Part shown: positions 26,979 to 40,730 of the stretch, piece after piece
How positions within the stretch are numbered: the first letter of the stretch is position 1
Layout of the letters: the number at the start of each line of letters is the position of its first letter
From: Lingula anatina
Taxonomy: Eukaryota > Animalia > Brachiopoda
NCBI GenBank assembly: GCA_051362555.1
Contig: JBPQGU010000016.1
Location: 1,302,001 to 1,366,000, forward strand
Reading direction: 5' to 3'
DNA length: 64,000 nt
Notes under the pieces: generated by a model
Database searches by the model: none
Told to the model about the DNA's origin: nothing
What the model saw: the letters and a program-made list of their open reading frames with translations, nothing else
Program-made: the position numbers and the translations under genes

Positions 26979-28405
26979 CCGTCTGCTGGTTGTACATTTT
27001 AATTTCTGAAATCGGAATGATATTTTTGGGGGCCTCAGACACCCCTGACCTAACCCACAGAGCATTAATTTTGCCCTTCTGGGATAGAAATGGCAAAATC
27101 CTGTCTGCAGCCTGTCTATTAATTTCTGAACTAAGAACAGTATTTATTTGAGCCATCTCCCTGTGGCACTACCAATAACATTGTCCTTCTAGGAATGGAC
27201 CAGGACGAGATTGGAATAGGACAAAAGGTGTGAAGAATTCCTGATAATGATGCTAGATTATTTGACATGATATTGAACACTTTTTAAAAACTTATTATAA
27301 TAATGTGTGTCTGTATTGTACAGCACCTTTCTGTCTCATAAGACAATGGTATGAAGTGATAACAGCATGGTCTTTACTGTGTGAGAAGATCATAGAACTC
27401 AGTCGGGTAACTACAATATATAATCCAGACGGTTTGATTATACCTTTACTGATGTCATATTATCAGGCTTAATACTCAGAACTAAACTTTTCTGAGAATT
27501 TTACTAAGAAATGGGACTATTCATTTATACTTGATATATATAATGAGAATTATTTATGATAATGACAAATACAGGCATGTACAATGAGGGGGATAGGATG
27601 GGGTGGAGAGGATTGCGTATGAGGGTGGGGGTGGGGGGGTTCTCCCAGTCCATGAAAAGTTTATTTTTTATTTACTTCATGTGTACTGTAGGTGGGTATC
27701 ATAGAGAGCACCAATGACCTTCCTTCTATTTTAGAACCCCCCCTTCCCCCTCCCCCCCCCCAGCATGTTTCTCTGTCTATTACCTTTAAATGAATGTAAA
27801 TGTTATTATTTAAGAGCAGGCTGGCTGTACCAAAGAATTTAACTATGGCAGATGCTTGAATGATTTGTATCTAAACTTGAGAGACTACAATATTACTCAC
27901 AAATACTATTTATTCTTTTATTGTATTTTTGCAAGATTTGTACTTAGGTTTGTTGCCAAAAGATACTTTCTGGTGTATACTTATTAAGAACTTGAAATTC
28001 ATGAACAGCGGAATAAAACTTTGAGATGATGTGGTAAACTGATATTTTGTTTCAGTTGATGGTGAATTGATCACATATAATCAGAAACTTCTGCCCAGAC
28101 AGACACAATGAACAGCGGATGTTACTTAAAACCATTTTTTCACCCTGGGGTTTTCAAGTTAAAAAAAAGAATATATATAATACCGAAATATTAAATTTTT
28201 CTAGATACTGTAAGTGTAACTGGATTGCAGTGTTGTGACTCACAGTTGCAATACAAGAATCTCGCGATATCCAAAGGTCTAGAGAATTTAAGTATGAAAA
28301 TGGATTTGGTTGTTGGTTAACCTCCGCATAAGTGGAGGTTTTATTTTATTGTATTTTCCAAAAAATGTTACAGTGTGATGGCGAGTGCTGGAAATGGAAG
28401 ATTAA

Positions 28406-29524
28406 AGGTTGGTTAATTGCGGAAAAATACTGTTTACCCCAGGATAAATCGTTAAATATTAATTTTGGCATGAAAATTCTCTTTTGTGTCCTTTTAAACT
28501 AAAAGACAACTCATTACCTTTCTGCAAAAACAGATCTTTAAAATATTCACAATCCAATTCAGGAAATGACGTAACCGCAGAGGTCGCATTGTCCAATGGC
28601 ATGGCTTCTTTTTCGTAATGGGAGGTTAGAGAGGACCAAAATAAACATCAGAGGTGGAATTTGGATATACGGTTTGATTGTGCGTAATGCGTATGCCATG
28701 CACGGAATTTACAAACGAGCGACGGGATGATGTAGCCTGCAGTATTTGCGGTAAGCGTGCCAAGTTTTAGGCCGCTCCGATGCCCGGCAGTATTTTATTT
28801 CGATTATTATGTTTAAGTTGGTGGCTTCTTGTTTCACAAGCTTACTCTATTTTATTGTCTCTATGGAGGTATATGGGGACTTTACGACATTCGGTTTGAA
28901 GGCTTTAACCACTTGTTATAGTTTATTTTTGCATTGTATTGGATTAATGTGGTAGTCCAAGGTTGTTCTAGGTGGTTTTCAAGTTTATGCACCCGGTTTT
29001 AATATCATTTAGCGATTTTACGACAATCGTTTACTATCCAATCAAGGTAACAGCCGAGCGTGCATGCATCCATACTTTAAAACTATGGGTAGCAGTACCC
29101 AGTGGGAGTGGTTTGGGGACTGCGAGTGCGTTACCCGAGGAAACATTTATTAGCAGTTATCTACGCTTTTTAACTTCCACTACCCGATATTTTAAAGCAC
29201 TAATAGTGAATATAAATCGCTTGCCTGCAAAGATTCTGTGAACAATTCCTCTTTTTCTTCACGCCCATGCTCACGTTTTAGTCAGACATGCTGTCTGCAT
29301 TGTTTACATCTCGTATCTGAGTCGAGAAGCCGCGTTATTTCAAACTGTGTCAAGATGGCTGACACCCGGGGTTTGAGGACGGTGAATATGATTCTTTTTT
29401 GCGATATTGATTAAGGCCATTTATATGCCATTTTATGTTTTAAACATAGCCATAGTTCTCAGATAAGTTCAAAAAGAAGTAATCCATGCACTAAGAAAGC
29501 GTTTCAAATCCTATTTTTGTCCCT
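28406..29524. mobile_element. Possible non-autonomous Kolobok-like DNA transposon
   Basis: TTAA|AGG... and ...CCT|TTAA ends with a CpG-richer interior. TIRs are very short and imperfect. Confidence 0.35.
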
Positions 29525-29575
29525 TTAAGCTGTAGGGGAGACCGGGGCTACTGTAGTTGGACCCCGGGGTAATTT

Positions 29576-29845
29576 CCCAGATAGCAAAACGACGTTGGGC
29601 CGACGTCGGGCCAGCGACGGTGCCGGCGTCGGGCCGACGTCCGTGCTCATCGGCCATCTGTTGGCCCGACGTCGGCCCAACGTCGTTTTGCCGACCAGCT
29701 GACGTTGGCCCGATGGTGGGCCGACGTTGGCCCGATGGTGGGTAATGGTTGGCCCGATGGTGGCCCAGCATCAGGGTTATGACGTTGGTACGATGTTGGC
29801 CCAATGTAATTATGCCATCCAGCTTATTGGCCCTACGTAGGCCCA
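29576..29845 (+). mobile_element. CACTA/EnSpm-like transposon end with GC-rich subterminal repeats
   Basis: Starts CCCAGATAGCAAAA, followed by many direct and inverted copies of GGCCGACGT(C/T)GG. No matching second end was found. Confidence 0.55.
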
Positions 29846-30190
29846 AAATTACCTTTTTTTTGTTCCAAAGTAAGTGATAAATTGACTTAACGAAATTATA
29901 AGCAAAAACAACAACACTTTGTCTGTCTCCAACACAAATATATTCTTTATTATATCATAGTGGTGATTTCATGGCCAAATTTTATTGCTGAAAATTCCTA
30001 CTTTAGATAGTCTGAAAATTATATTAACTGAATTTTTAATTAGTTACATAAAAGTTATTTATGAATGAACCTTATATTAACCCTATACATTAAGTTCTAC
30101 AGGATGTTTTCAGTTTTAAAAGGCCTTAATCACTTTATTTATGGCTTCATTTTTTAGTTAAAGTTAAAATCTGTTCAATTATGTTAAAAT

Positions 30191-30235
<45 letters not shown>

Positions 30236-31199
30236 CCAAATCAACAGTAAATACAGTGTCAATACATTTAATAAAAAAGAAACTTGTCTTTTTGTACAAA
30301 ACAATGTAAGTTTAAAATAACAACACTGCAAAAGGGCAAATATTCAGACACTAAACAGGGGCAAATGTCACTTATATACATTTTTTTTTACAAAACAAAG
30401 CTGCTCATCGAATCTGAACTAACACAAAAATACCAAAATTGTAATTAATTCTGCATGTACAATGGGTTCGAGGAGGAAAAATATTTTTGCACACTTTAAC
30501 CTAAATAATATTATACATTGTCATTTTTAAACTTATTCAAACATATCATTAATAATCATAATCACAAATCACTGTAGTTCTATAATGAATAAATCTTGAA
30601 TAATGAATGAAAAAAAACTTTGTTTTTTAGATGATGGAGAGTTATAATAAAATTATAAATAACCATGCAGTAACTGTTTCAATGTATTCAACTTGCATGC
30701 TGGCTACATACATATAAACTCTGAAAAAGAATTATGTATACCCTAGCATAAATATAGATGTACAATAAAAAGAGAATTACATGTGCACAAAGACAAACCC
30801 CAGTATATTGTTGATGCTTTTGAATTAAATTACATCACAATTCAAATCACTCAATGAATTGAACCAGTTTGCAACGCTTGTGCTTTTTTCATATTCATAA
30901 CACTAAGAAATGATACATCCGGCTCCTTGACAAGCTAATAATAATTAAAGGAATTAACAATGGAACAAGTAACTCTACTAAGTTAACAACAGTTTATTCA
31001 AATGTCAAGTCAAAACACAACATCCCTTCCTTTCTTGGAGAGAAACGGTCCTTTCAAATATATGCTTATTGACATTTCACTCTTTAAATTGTCTTTTCAA
31101 ACATTTGCAGAATAACATATGACCTCCAACTATAATTCTTTTAACCACACTGAAAATTCTCAAATCTAATCAACTCATATCAAACCCCATGTCCTTTCA

Positions 31200-31720
31200 C
31201 TACTTCCACATGGTCTCTTCCTTTACCTGCCTATATGTCACATTCAAATGTTCCCTTCACTTTTAAAGATTTCTCAGACGTGTATGAATAATACTGTTTG
31301 TTTTGTGGTCCTCCACAAGAGCCTGAGCCACATTTATTTTTCTTATTTTCATTTTTATTATAATAATAATAATAATAATAATTATTATTATTATTATTAT
31401 TTTTTTTTTTTTTTTTTGATTTCAGCATTCCCCATGTATTTTCATCAATGATATTAAAATATGCACCTGAATCTGGTAATACACTGAGATCAACGCCGCC
31501 TATCTCTATTTCCACCATATTTGGCATGTCTGTGTATATTGCATTGGTTCCCACACCAAATGTATATGCACCCCTGGATTATCATGTTCATAACAGTCAT
31601 TTACATGAACAATAGTTTCAGTTTTGCAGACTTTTGCACAGTGATCCAACGTTCCATGTTTTCTCAGTCGGGGGGTTTCTACTTCGTTTTTCATGTCTGA
31701 ACTCGTGGTGTTTAGACTGA
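31200..31720 (-). pseudogene. Gypsy gag-zinc-knuckle / aspartic protease relic, interrupted by simple repeats
   Basis: KHGTLDHCAKVCKT (degenerate CCHC) followed by VEIEIGGVDLSVLPDSGAYFNIIDENTW (D-S-G-A protease motif). Confidence 0.7.
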
Positions 31721-32006
31721 GTTGGTTTGTTAAATGACTTCGGTTTCACCATACTCACAGTTTCTGGTGTTCCACTTTCATTTAAAGCGTTATTCATGTT
31801 TCTCACCTGTGTAACAGTGTTTGAGAGAGTCCTGAAAATATCTTGTACAGTACACCTGTCCCTGCTGAATGTTTATGTATAGTAGCTATTTGTTGAATTT
31901 ATAGATATTATTTCTAACAATGAAAACTGCCGAGATTAAGAGGGGTCAAACAGTATGTCAGCTGCCTGTGAACCAATGCATTTGAAGTACTGCTCTTTAA
32001 CTCTTA

Positions 32007-32232
32007 GGGTGCTTTCCCAGAGATTTAGATCGATCTAAAGGTTAAGATTTAGATCGACCTAACTCCCTGGGGGTTCACGCTAAATTGCAGTTAGCCGAGC
32101 GGGCACCATAGTTAATTACCCCCTTACAGCTTTTAGTAGGCGGGACAGACGCTTAAGCCGGCCAAGCTGACAGTAATCTAGTGAGACTCCCCACAGGGAT
32201 AGATCGATCTAAAAATCTATGGAAATGGGGTG
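32007..32232. mobile_element. MITE, PIF/Harbinger-like, copy B
   Basis: Colinear with 19008-19222 (aactccctgggggttcacgctaaat...ctagtgagactcccc). TTA flanks. Confidence 0.65.
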
Positions 32233-32542
32233 TTATTTGTTACTACTTCATGCAGTTCGCTTTTTTGAAAAAGCCGGTGGCCTTTTGTAGTTCTACCCAA
32301 GAAGTTGGAAAGTCCAACTTCTTGTTCTACCGTTCGCTGAGGGTGGAGTCTTCAACCGTAAAACCACGTGACCTATGACGCGGATGCCGGTATTTCGTTG
32401 CGTGTCACATGATTTCGTGATTTTTTTCCAATCCGGAGAAGTCTGTTCCAATTGATGATTGTGGAATGTGATTGTGTTAGAACACTATTGAAACCCCGTC
32501 TGCCAAACTGTCCAAGACGTGGTCCTAGTGCAGTGTGGATAA

Positions 32543-33088
32543 GAGAGCATTCTCAACGAATTAAGCCAGGCTCTACAAAGCCGGTGACCTAAAAATGGCG
32601 GACGTACATGAAAGAAAAACCGCCTAATCTTTTAATAGGCTCTCCGCCTCCCCACACGTCGTCCTTGCGGGGTACAGTAATTAAATCGCGTCTCCGTTCG
32701 CCATGCGGAAGCTACCTGAGAAATATTAAGTGCGCATGCTCATCAGTTAAACTCGTGGTGAAGAAAGCATGGCGGCTGAAGGCGATCGAAGGAAAAAAGC
32801 TCTTCTGTTCTATTATCTTTGAAAACAGAGACGAAAAAGGAATAATTTGGCCCGTAGAGCAGCAATGAATCGACTATCTACGGAGATAATATCACCAGAG
32901 ATATTCACGGAAATAATAATGTTCGGAGCCGAAATTTAATTACTGTACCCCGCAGGGACGACGTGTGGGGAGGCGTGTGAGAGGCGGAGAGACTATTAAA
33001 AGATTAGGCGGTTTTTCTTTCATGTACGTCCGCCATTTTTAGGTCACCGGCTTTGTAAAGCCTGGCTTAATTCGTTGAGAATGCGCTC
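32543..33088. mobile_element. MITE with about 150-bp TIRs (PIF/Harbinger-like TAA/TTA target)
   Basis: gagagcattctcaacgaattaagccaggc... mirrors ...gcctggcttaattcgttgagaatgcgctc. Flanked by TAA and TTA. Confidence 0.88.
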
Positions 33089-33348
33089 TTAGTCACCTAA
33101 CTTAGGCTACTTGTACATAAATATTTTTTTCGAATCTGCTAGTGTTACTGGCCTTAAATTGAAGGTCTAGGTTTAAGGTTTAAAACCGTCTCAAAGTCAC
33201 GTTTTCTTTTTCTGCATATAGTGTTAAGCTACACACCTTTTACAATTTGAATCCCCTAAAATTTTTTTTACCTCTCAAACGAAAATATCTGATGTCATTT
33301 CCGTCTTAAGTGAACGCAAAGACACGATTAAACGTAACGGGAGACAAC

Positions 33349-33386
<38 letters not shown>

Positions 33387-33909
33387 ATAAAACATAAAAT
33401 CCAACAGCAGTGGCGGGTCGAAGAATATTTCATGAATATTAAAGATACATTTTTCAAGGAAAATCGGATTTGAACATGGATACTGCACGCTGCAATGTTC
33501 TCCATTATCCTTCTTATTATCATTATTTTTTCTCTCTGTTCAGTTTCATTTTACTTTGTTCCTTTTTTGTTTTATTTAATTTTATTCTACTTCATTGTTT
33601 CTTTTTTCCCCCTTTTTTAGATTGCTGAAAAATCTCTGATGGTATACTTGTAAGGGAAGTTGATTACGAAACAAGACAATATGAAATAAAGTTTTTTTTC
33701 ATATAAATTGAACAGAACTACTGGAATTGTTCTGACCTAGGATCCGCGAAACTTTGCGTCTCCCTGTCGTAGACTTCTACTACGTTTGCGGTATTCCGAA
33801 AGTTTTTATGTACAGACACAGATGTGTCTGTACATATAGCCGTCATCTGCGTCTGTCGTCGCCGTCGCCGTCGTCGCCGTCGTCGTTGCCGTCGTCGCCG
33901 TGCACTTTT

Positions 33910-34530
33910 ACCGATAACACGATAAGTGGAAAACCGTTTTTTCTTTTTGTTTGAAACTTACAGAACTGATGAATATTCATAATACGCAGGTCGAGTTCGA
34001 AAATCAGCATGATCGGGTCACTTATATGGAATTTATGCTGTTTTTTCACTTTTTTCAGCATAAATGCAGCACCGATAACATGATAAGTGGAAAACCATTT
34101 TACCTTTTGGCTTGAAACTTACAGAACTGATGAATATACATAATACGGAGGTCAAGTTCGAAAATCAGCGTGATTGGGTCATTTTTAGTGAATTTAGGCT
34201 ATTTTTTTCTCTTTTTTCAGCATATGTGCAGCACCGATAACACGATAAGTGGAAAACCATTTTACCTTTTGGCTTGAAACTTACAGAACTGATAAATATT
34301 CATAATACGCAGGTCAAGTTCGAAAATCAGCACGATCGGGTCACTTGTAGGGAATTTATGCTGTTTTTTCACTTTTTTCAATATATATGCAACACTGATA
34401 ACACAATATAAGAAAAACAGATTGGCCAATTGTCATTATACTCACAGGAGGGGCCAATCTTACTAAAACGCAGGTTGAGTTTGAAAATCAGCATAATCAG
34501 TCCATTATTTTAGAAGTTATGCTGTTTTTT
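33910..34530 (+). repeat. Tandem array of about 4 x 161-bp satellite-like units
   Basis: ac(c/t)gataacac/atgataag unit starts at 33910, 34071, about 34233 and about 34393. Confidence 0.9.
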
Positions 34531-36414
34531 CACATTTCCTCACATTCAATTCTTAGGCATGTTAACAGTCTCATTATTGAACTAATAAGATACGTAAAAG
34601 TGTTTGTTTGACATTTCCTGCATCTTTACAACATTGTTAGTTGATTTTTTAAAAATGATGGTAAAATTGTTATCATGTGTGTAATAAAGTGTCAAAAATG
34701 GAAATAAACTCATATCATTGCAGTTTGTCAGATGCATTCATCCACTATGTTCAGAATCTCAGAATGGAGGAAGTTGGGCATTTAAAACTGTTCTATTGAT
34801 ACTTTTCCCATCTCATCAATTTTCTTCATTGGTCATATAAAAATGGCAGTAAAATGTTTATTTTGTTTTATGTTAAAAAAGTGTTAAAAATGGAAATAAA
34901 CCCATTTCAGAACAGTGCTGTCTTGTTTACATTTTGGCATTTTCAATATGTGACTTTGAAGTTCCATGGGCCTGAAGACTTTTGCTTGTCACATTTTCTG
35001 AATAACCATGATACTAATATTTTATAATTAAAAATTGATGGTCATTATGCTGTAAAACATTATGTAATATTGCATCAAAATTTGAAGAAACCCCTATTTT
35101 GGGCACTGCTCCCATGATGACCATTTAAGGAAAATCATGTCACTTACTGTTCTCAAACTTACAGGAAAGAAACATGGGACTAAAATACAGCTTCAGTAGG
35201 CAATGCAGTCTGTTTGGTAAATTTTTCTGGCAATTAAACAGTTTTTTGTGAAAATTTAATTTTTCACATATTGGCATTTCCAAGGTGTGACTTAGAACCT
35301 CCACGGGCTTGAAGACCCATGCTAGTCACATTTTGTGAAAATCCATGACACTTATATTTTATTATTAAAAATCGATGGTCATTATGCTGTTAAGCATTAT
35401 GTAATGTTGCATCAAAATAGAAGAAAACACAATTTTTGGTGCTGCTGCCTTGATGACCATTATGGGAACACCGTGTTACTTATGACTGTCAAACTTTCAA
35501 AAAAGAAACACAGGACTAAAATGCAGCCTGAGTTAGAAAAGCAGTCTAATTGGCTTCTTTTTCTGGAAGTTATACATTTTAGTGTAATATTCATTATCTT
35601 TTTGGCATATTCATTGTGGGACTCGGAGCTCCCATGGACATGAAGCCAAATGGTAATCATATTTTCTACATGTCCATCCTATTTATAGTCAATAAACAAA
35701 AATTGGTGATAATTATTCTCTAATTTATTATGTAATGTTACATCAAAATTGACAATCTTTTTGCACTGCTACTGCAAACATTATGAAAAGAAAACTGTGC
35801 CACTTATTATAATTTTAAACTTACAAGTACGATTTTTAGGATTGGCCTTCAGCTCATGAGAAAACCAGCTCTATTGGATTATCATGTTTATTGTATTTAT
35901 GCATTTTTTGTGAAATTTTCATTTTCTCATTCTGGCACTTTCTAAGTATAAACTTGAACTCTGATGGGCCTGGAGCCTTATGCTTTTACTTTCGTCTGTG
36001 TTACCTGTTGTGCATAAGTTGATGTTGACTGTGCAGTTAAACATAATGTATTATTGCATCAGGATTGGTAGTCTACTATTTTGGGCATTATGGTTTTGTG
36101 CTTTTCTTAAGGTGTGACTTATGGGCCTGAAGACCTTTGAGTGGGTCAGTCTGTAAATTACCCTTGGGTATCACTAGATTAATTTCAGAGTTATAAAGTC
36201 ATTTGCTTTAATAGGCCATTAAATGAGATTACGTAAAGCACACTTGTTGATATTTCCCTGTAAACTCCCAAAGGTACAGCTCTCTGCTAGATTAATAATA
36301 AGGAAGCAGTGATAATTATGCAGGTAAATTTTGTTTAATATTGCAAATAAGTTTTAAATATATATATATCAAACTGGAAGATTAAAAGTTTGAATAGCAT
36401 CTTCATTGGAATTA

Positions 36415-36655
36415 TATTTACCTCAAGCTTTGCCAAGGAGGTTATATTTTCACCCCTGTTTGTCTGTCATCCACATAACACAAAAAAGTTATGGACCGAT
36501 TTTGCAGAAATTTTCAGGAACTGTCGGAAGTGGGCCAAAGAGGACAATGATTAATTTTTTGTGGTGGTCCGGATCAATAATCAATCAATTATCAATAATA
36601 ATCAACAATTGCTGCCTTGGCAGAGGTCTGCACTCTCAAAGTGCTTTTCTAGTTT
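36415..36655 (+). mobile_element. Short HINE-like element nested in the larger one
   Basis: ttacctc...gccaaggaggttatattttc at the 5' end and ccttggcagaggtctgcactctcaaagtgcttttctagtt at the 3' end (subTIR plus palindrome). Confidence 0.65.
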
Positions 36656-38467
36656 TGTTGTTTTCCTTTATAATTTTTTCTCAAACACTTGCATTTGTGA
36701 CTTTTAACTCTCATCTGCCTGGGGCTCTGCACATTTTCTGTATTTCTACATAAGCAGTTGTATTGTTTTTTGTCTTTAAACATTATGTAATATTATTTTA
36801 TGCACTGTCATCATTTTTCAAATATTGAGACTTTCATAATGTGAATTTGAACTCTCATGGTCCTGAAACTGTAATCTTATTGAAGGGGTGGATTGAGACC
36901 ATCTTCTGGGTCTTCCGGAAGACAGTCAGGTTATTAAGTTTATATTGACTGGTATCTATTTTTTTCTGTTGGAAGACCATCAAAATGGAGGATGGATCAA
37001 CATAGATACTTTGTAATACTGTCAGAAAATATCTCTGGGTCTGCTCCTGTTCTTGACCATGTTACCTGTTGTGCAAGATTAAAATTCAGTGTTGACTGAC
37101 AGTGCTACTATAAGCATTATTTATTATTGCATCAAAATTGACAAAATGACCTTTTTTGCATCTTTATTTTCTGTTTTTTGTCTGTACATTTGACAGCTTT
37201 GCTGCCTTGTTTGGTCTTTGGATCCTTTTCAACTGTACGTTCGAAAAGTGGCGAATATACAATATGTTTAAAAATAAGAGTGTTTCTATATTCCGTAGGC
37301 TCTGTCGTTTGAATACGGTGTTGAGCAGCACGGGCTCCTACCACTTTCTTAAAAACTGAAGTCCAGCGGAATTTCTGTTTCGAAAAATCAGGCCCCAGAG
37401 TTCTATAATATATGCCCACACTGAACTTAATGTCAGTGCAGAAAATATATGAATCCTAAACTTTTAAACAGAAGAATACTGAAGTCAAGCATCAAAGGGA
37501 GCTTGTGATATTCTCAACTTATTGCATACATTTGAGAAATAATTTTGAACGCGATCAAAATTAAAATCGAGCAAAGGATGTTTACATGGCCATAAACGTC
37601 ACCACGGCAGACTTTCTTTGCCAGAAGCATTTTTTTTTAAACAACACTAGATTCTGAGTGTCAGAATCGTGCTTTGAAAAACGATAGTTGAAACTAAATA
37701 CTAGACACTAACTTCAGCCTAATAAAACGGTAGAGGGCTGCAGCGACAAGGTATCGATCCTTCAGAAAGCCGCGCCTAAGGCGTACGATTGTTGCTTCAC
37801 TGAGTCTGAAAGGGCGCCGTGCGCTCGCTTTTCAGCCGATCAACCTGTGTGTCCTAATGTGACCTGAAGGCACCGGCAGATAATATAAACATACAGGGAC
37901 TTACCGTTTACGATGTGAATAATCGCACGGAACATCGTATGCCATTTCACAGTACGGCGCCAGTGGCAAAGGTAATGTAGGCTTGAATTGCACAGTGCTG
38001 TTTCTATACCTGTAATATTTTTTTAATCTGAATTTAAAAAAATAATGGAATTGTGTATTGTACTGCACGTTGCACGTCATCTTTTGAATGATGACCGTTA
38101 TTCTAATATAATATTTTGATAGGATAATGGAAATAAGAAGACAAGGTAATAAGTTACCGAGTCGAAAAAAAAAAACCCATAGAAAATGGGTCAAGGTATT
38201 AGAAAATTGATCAATAGCCGCCATATGCATTTTAGGTAAATATTTAATGCCCCGATGCATTTTAGAATAGCGGGGTCTTCATTTTAAATAATATATACTA
38301 CTTGTCGATGTGTACGATAAAGCTAAGGGCAGTCTTTAAGTCGGAAATCTTAAAATCACGCTCAGGGGCCCGTCCCCTACTTGGGGACAACAAGGACAGC
38401 ATGAGTACGCCACTGCTGTAGCGACTTGGTTTCGAGGTAAGCATTGTTTGAGCGTCACCTACATCAC

Positions 38468-38663
38468 AAGGCCCGTAGCCAGAGGGGTCGCGGAGGATTG
38501 TCGGAGGTTCGAAAGACCCCCCCCCCCCTTTTCTTGTCAGGAAAAGGTCCATTCTGGGTAAAATTTGATCTAGGTGTACAAAGGTATCATTGTAAAAGGT
38601 CCACTTTTCTAAAAAAAAATAATAATAATAACACTCCTTTTGAAATTGGTGGGTACGAGCCAG
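38468..38663. mobile_element. MITE of the CAGGCCCGTAGCCAG family (diverged copy)
   Basis: Shares gtcaggaaaaggtccatt..ggtaaaattt with copies at 42805, 53101 and 57283. Confidence 0.7.
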
Positions 38664-38981
38664 AATTTACGGTTTATTCCTTAAGTTCTTAGTTAAAAAG
38701 AGGTCTTCCTCCCAGTCAAGCCATGCTTTTAGTTGATATCGGACCGAAGCCACCCATGGCTTTACCTGTAGACATTTGCCACGAAATAGATTTAGCCGAA
38801 ATTGGTCAAAAACTAAGACCTAAAATGTTAGTCTAGTTATCAATTAATGGTAGTCTTCTTGTACATAGTATAGCACCTGTTTTGTAGTACACAAAGACAC
38901 GATGGATGTTTCATACCAATTTTCTCTTTCTTAAGTGGAAAAGATCTACATTGAATTCATATCGTACGAAAGTGAACCAAC

Positions 38982-40730
38982 ATGTACCTTGGATTTCTTT
39001 TGCAAAATCTGGCATTAGGTTTTGGGGTTTTAGTTGTTGCCAGGGCTAGTGTAAGGAGTTCGTTGCAATGCATGCATAATTATATATTTTCCCTCCTTTT
39101 TGCGGCCTTCTCATTTCGGATGATACATGTAGAGGGTTGTGCACGTGTGTGTGTGTGCGTGTGTGTGTATGTGTGTGTGTGTGTGGAGGGGGGTACTTCT
39201 TCAACTTGTTTGATAAGGCCCGCTTCACACCCAGCCGGGCAGTTTCTGTACAATGGTCTGGCTATTCTGAAATAGATCCCCCGGGCTAGAGAAGATAAGA
39301 TAAGTGAACAGGACCTCAGGATCAAGGGCCTACACCCATTCACCTTTGTATTCACAGGGTCTGTTCGAAAGTAGTGGAGGATGACTATCAATTATCTCGT
39401 AGCTGGCTTTGCTACATAAATAAATCTTCACTTTCGAGGCATAGAATGTCCGTTAGCCTCCACTGTAGCAAAAATATCTATGACGATCATGATTACAAAC
39501 ATTTCAGCATGTTGTTTTTTAAATCGAGATACAGTACACCCTAGCTAAAACCGTTGAAAATAAATAACGACATAGATTAGTGGCCCTGGCTACCTTCGTA
39601 TGTTATCATTCCCTTAAAGCGGTTCATTCCGCACATTGCTCATAACATCTGTAGTGGAATCTATGGCGAATTTTAATACTTATTTCATTTGCAATTACAT
39701 GCACCCGCCTCCCATCCCCCCTTCCACTGCTCCCCTAAATTAACTTCGCAGTGAAATATGAATATGTATATATGTTTAATGTAAACCACTTAAACATTAA
39801 AATATTAAACATTTAACCACGTAAAATATATAGACCACTAAGCGCAACGAGTAATCACAATGCACGATTCAATACAGCGACGATAATTATTTTCACGGTC
39901 ATATTTATTGATCAAATAAACGCTCTTTTTAAAATACCCGCTCTTTTACGTGTTCCCCAACTTTTTTTTGAGTAGTATAAATTGTATGAAGTGAGAATAA
40001 TTCAGATGCCACTATCTTGGACTGATGGGTGATGTATTTCTTAACTATTATACTGTCTTAAATATATATTCATTAACTTTGAATACTTTTTACTATTAAA
40101 ATATTTAGAAAATACTAAAAAATGAGATGTAGAGAATATTAATTCACAGCAAAATGAAGTGATAGCATCGGGGGCAATTACGGGGGAAGGGGGGCATTAT
40201 CCTTTACATGATAAATATGTAGATTTAATATGTATGTTGGTGTGGATAGATTGTTATTATATATGATAATTTGCGATTTGCTGGGCTGCAGTACTTGAGA
40301 ATGGTAATTAACATGGCTAGAGGAAGTTTTAAAAGGAAACAGTTTAGTACGTTGACATCTGAGGGAGAGGAGTGTAGAGAAACTGTATTACTGGGTGAGT
40401 TAAAATAATGCCACGTGCAGTAGCCGTTTTGAGTCCGTCCAAATTCTGCATGCGTAGCAATACATTTTGTTACCCATTGTGTCCACAGAGTCGCCTCAGG
40501 TTATCAAGGTTGTCTTGCCAAAGGGTATGCAGTGCGCGTTAGATGTCTGTACAACTGCAGGATTAACAAACATATACCATGACATTTCAATACCCACTAC
40601 CAGTGCCGCAGTTATTAATGTGGACATATTTGCTGAGGCAATCACAGTGCAGAGATTAGCCATCTATTTAACCAGAGACATATCTGTGAATATCTGTGAA
40701 AAATCAATCTGTGGCCCTGGTAGAGGGTAA
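38982..40730 (+). pseudogene. Possible decayed secreted or surface-protein gene (signal peptide plus FN3-like fragment)
   Basis: MYLGFLLQNLALGFGVLVVARAS|gtaagg; frameshifted FN3-like PSRAVSVQW...LRIKGLHPFT(L)Y at about 39225-39355; protein-like ORF 40467-40730. Confidence 0.3.

Larger units (their letters stand above)
33803..37211 (+). mobile_element. Helentron-associated (HINE-like) element carrying satellite arrays
   Basis: 5' T-run plus hairpin tatgtacagacaca-ga-tgtgtctgtacata, then a (GTC/GCC)n microsatellite and tandem core repeats. The 3' end has subTIR tgtctgtacat, a short palindrome gacagc-ttt-gctgcc and ttgtt. Confidence 0.65.

Noticed and set aside
29511-29846. GC-rich ORFs of 111 aa and 62 aa
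   Set aside because: They arise from stop-poor subterminal transposon repeats.
37700-37910. CpG-rich patch considered as a tRNA/SINE or promoter
   Set aside because: No cloverleaf or clear A/B boxes, and no linked exon could be supported.
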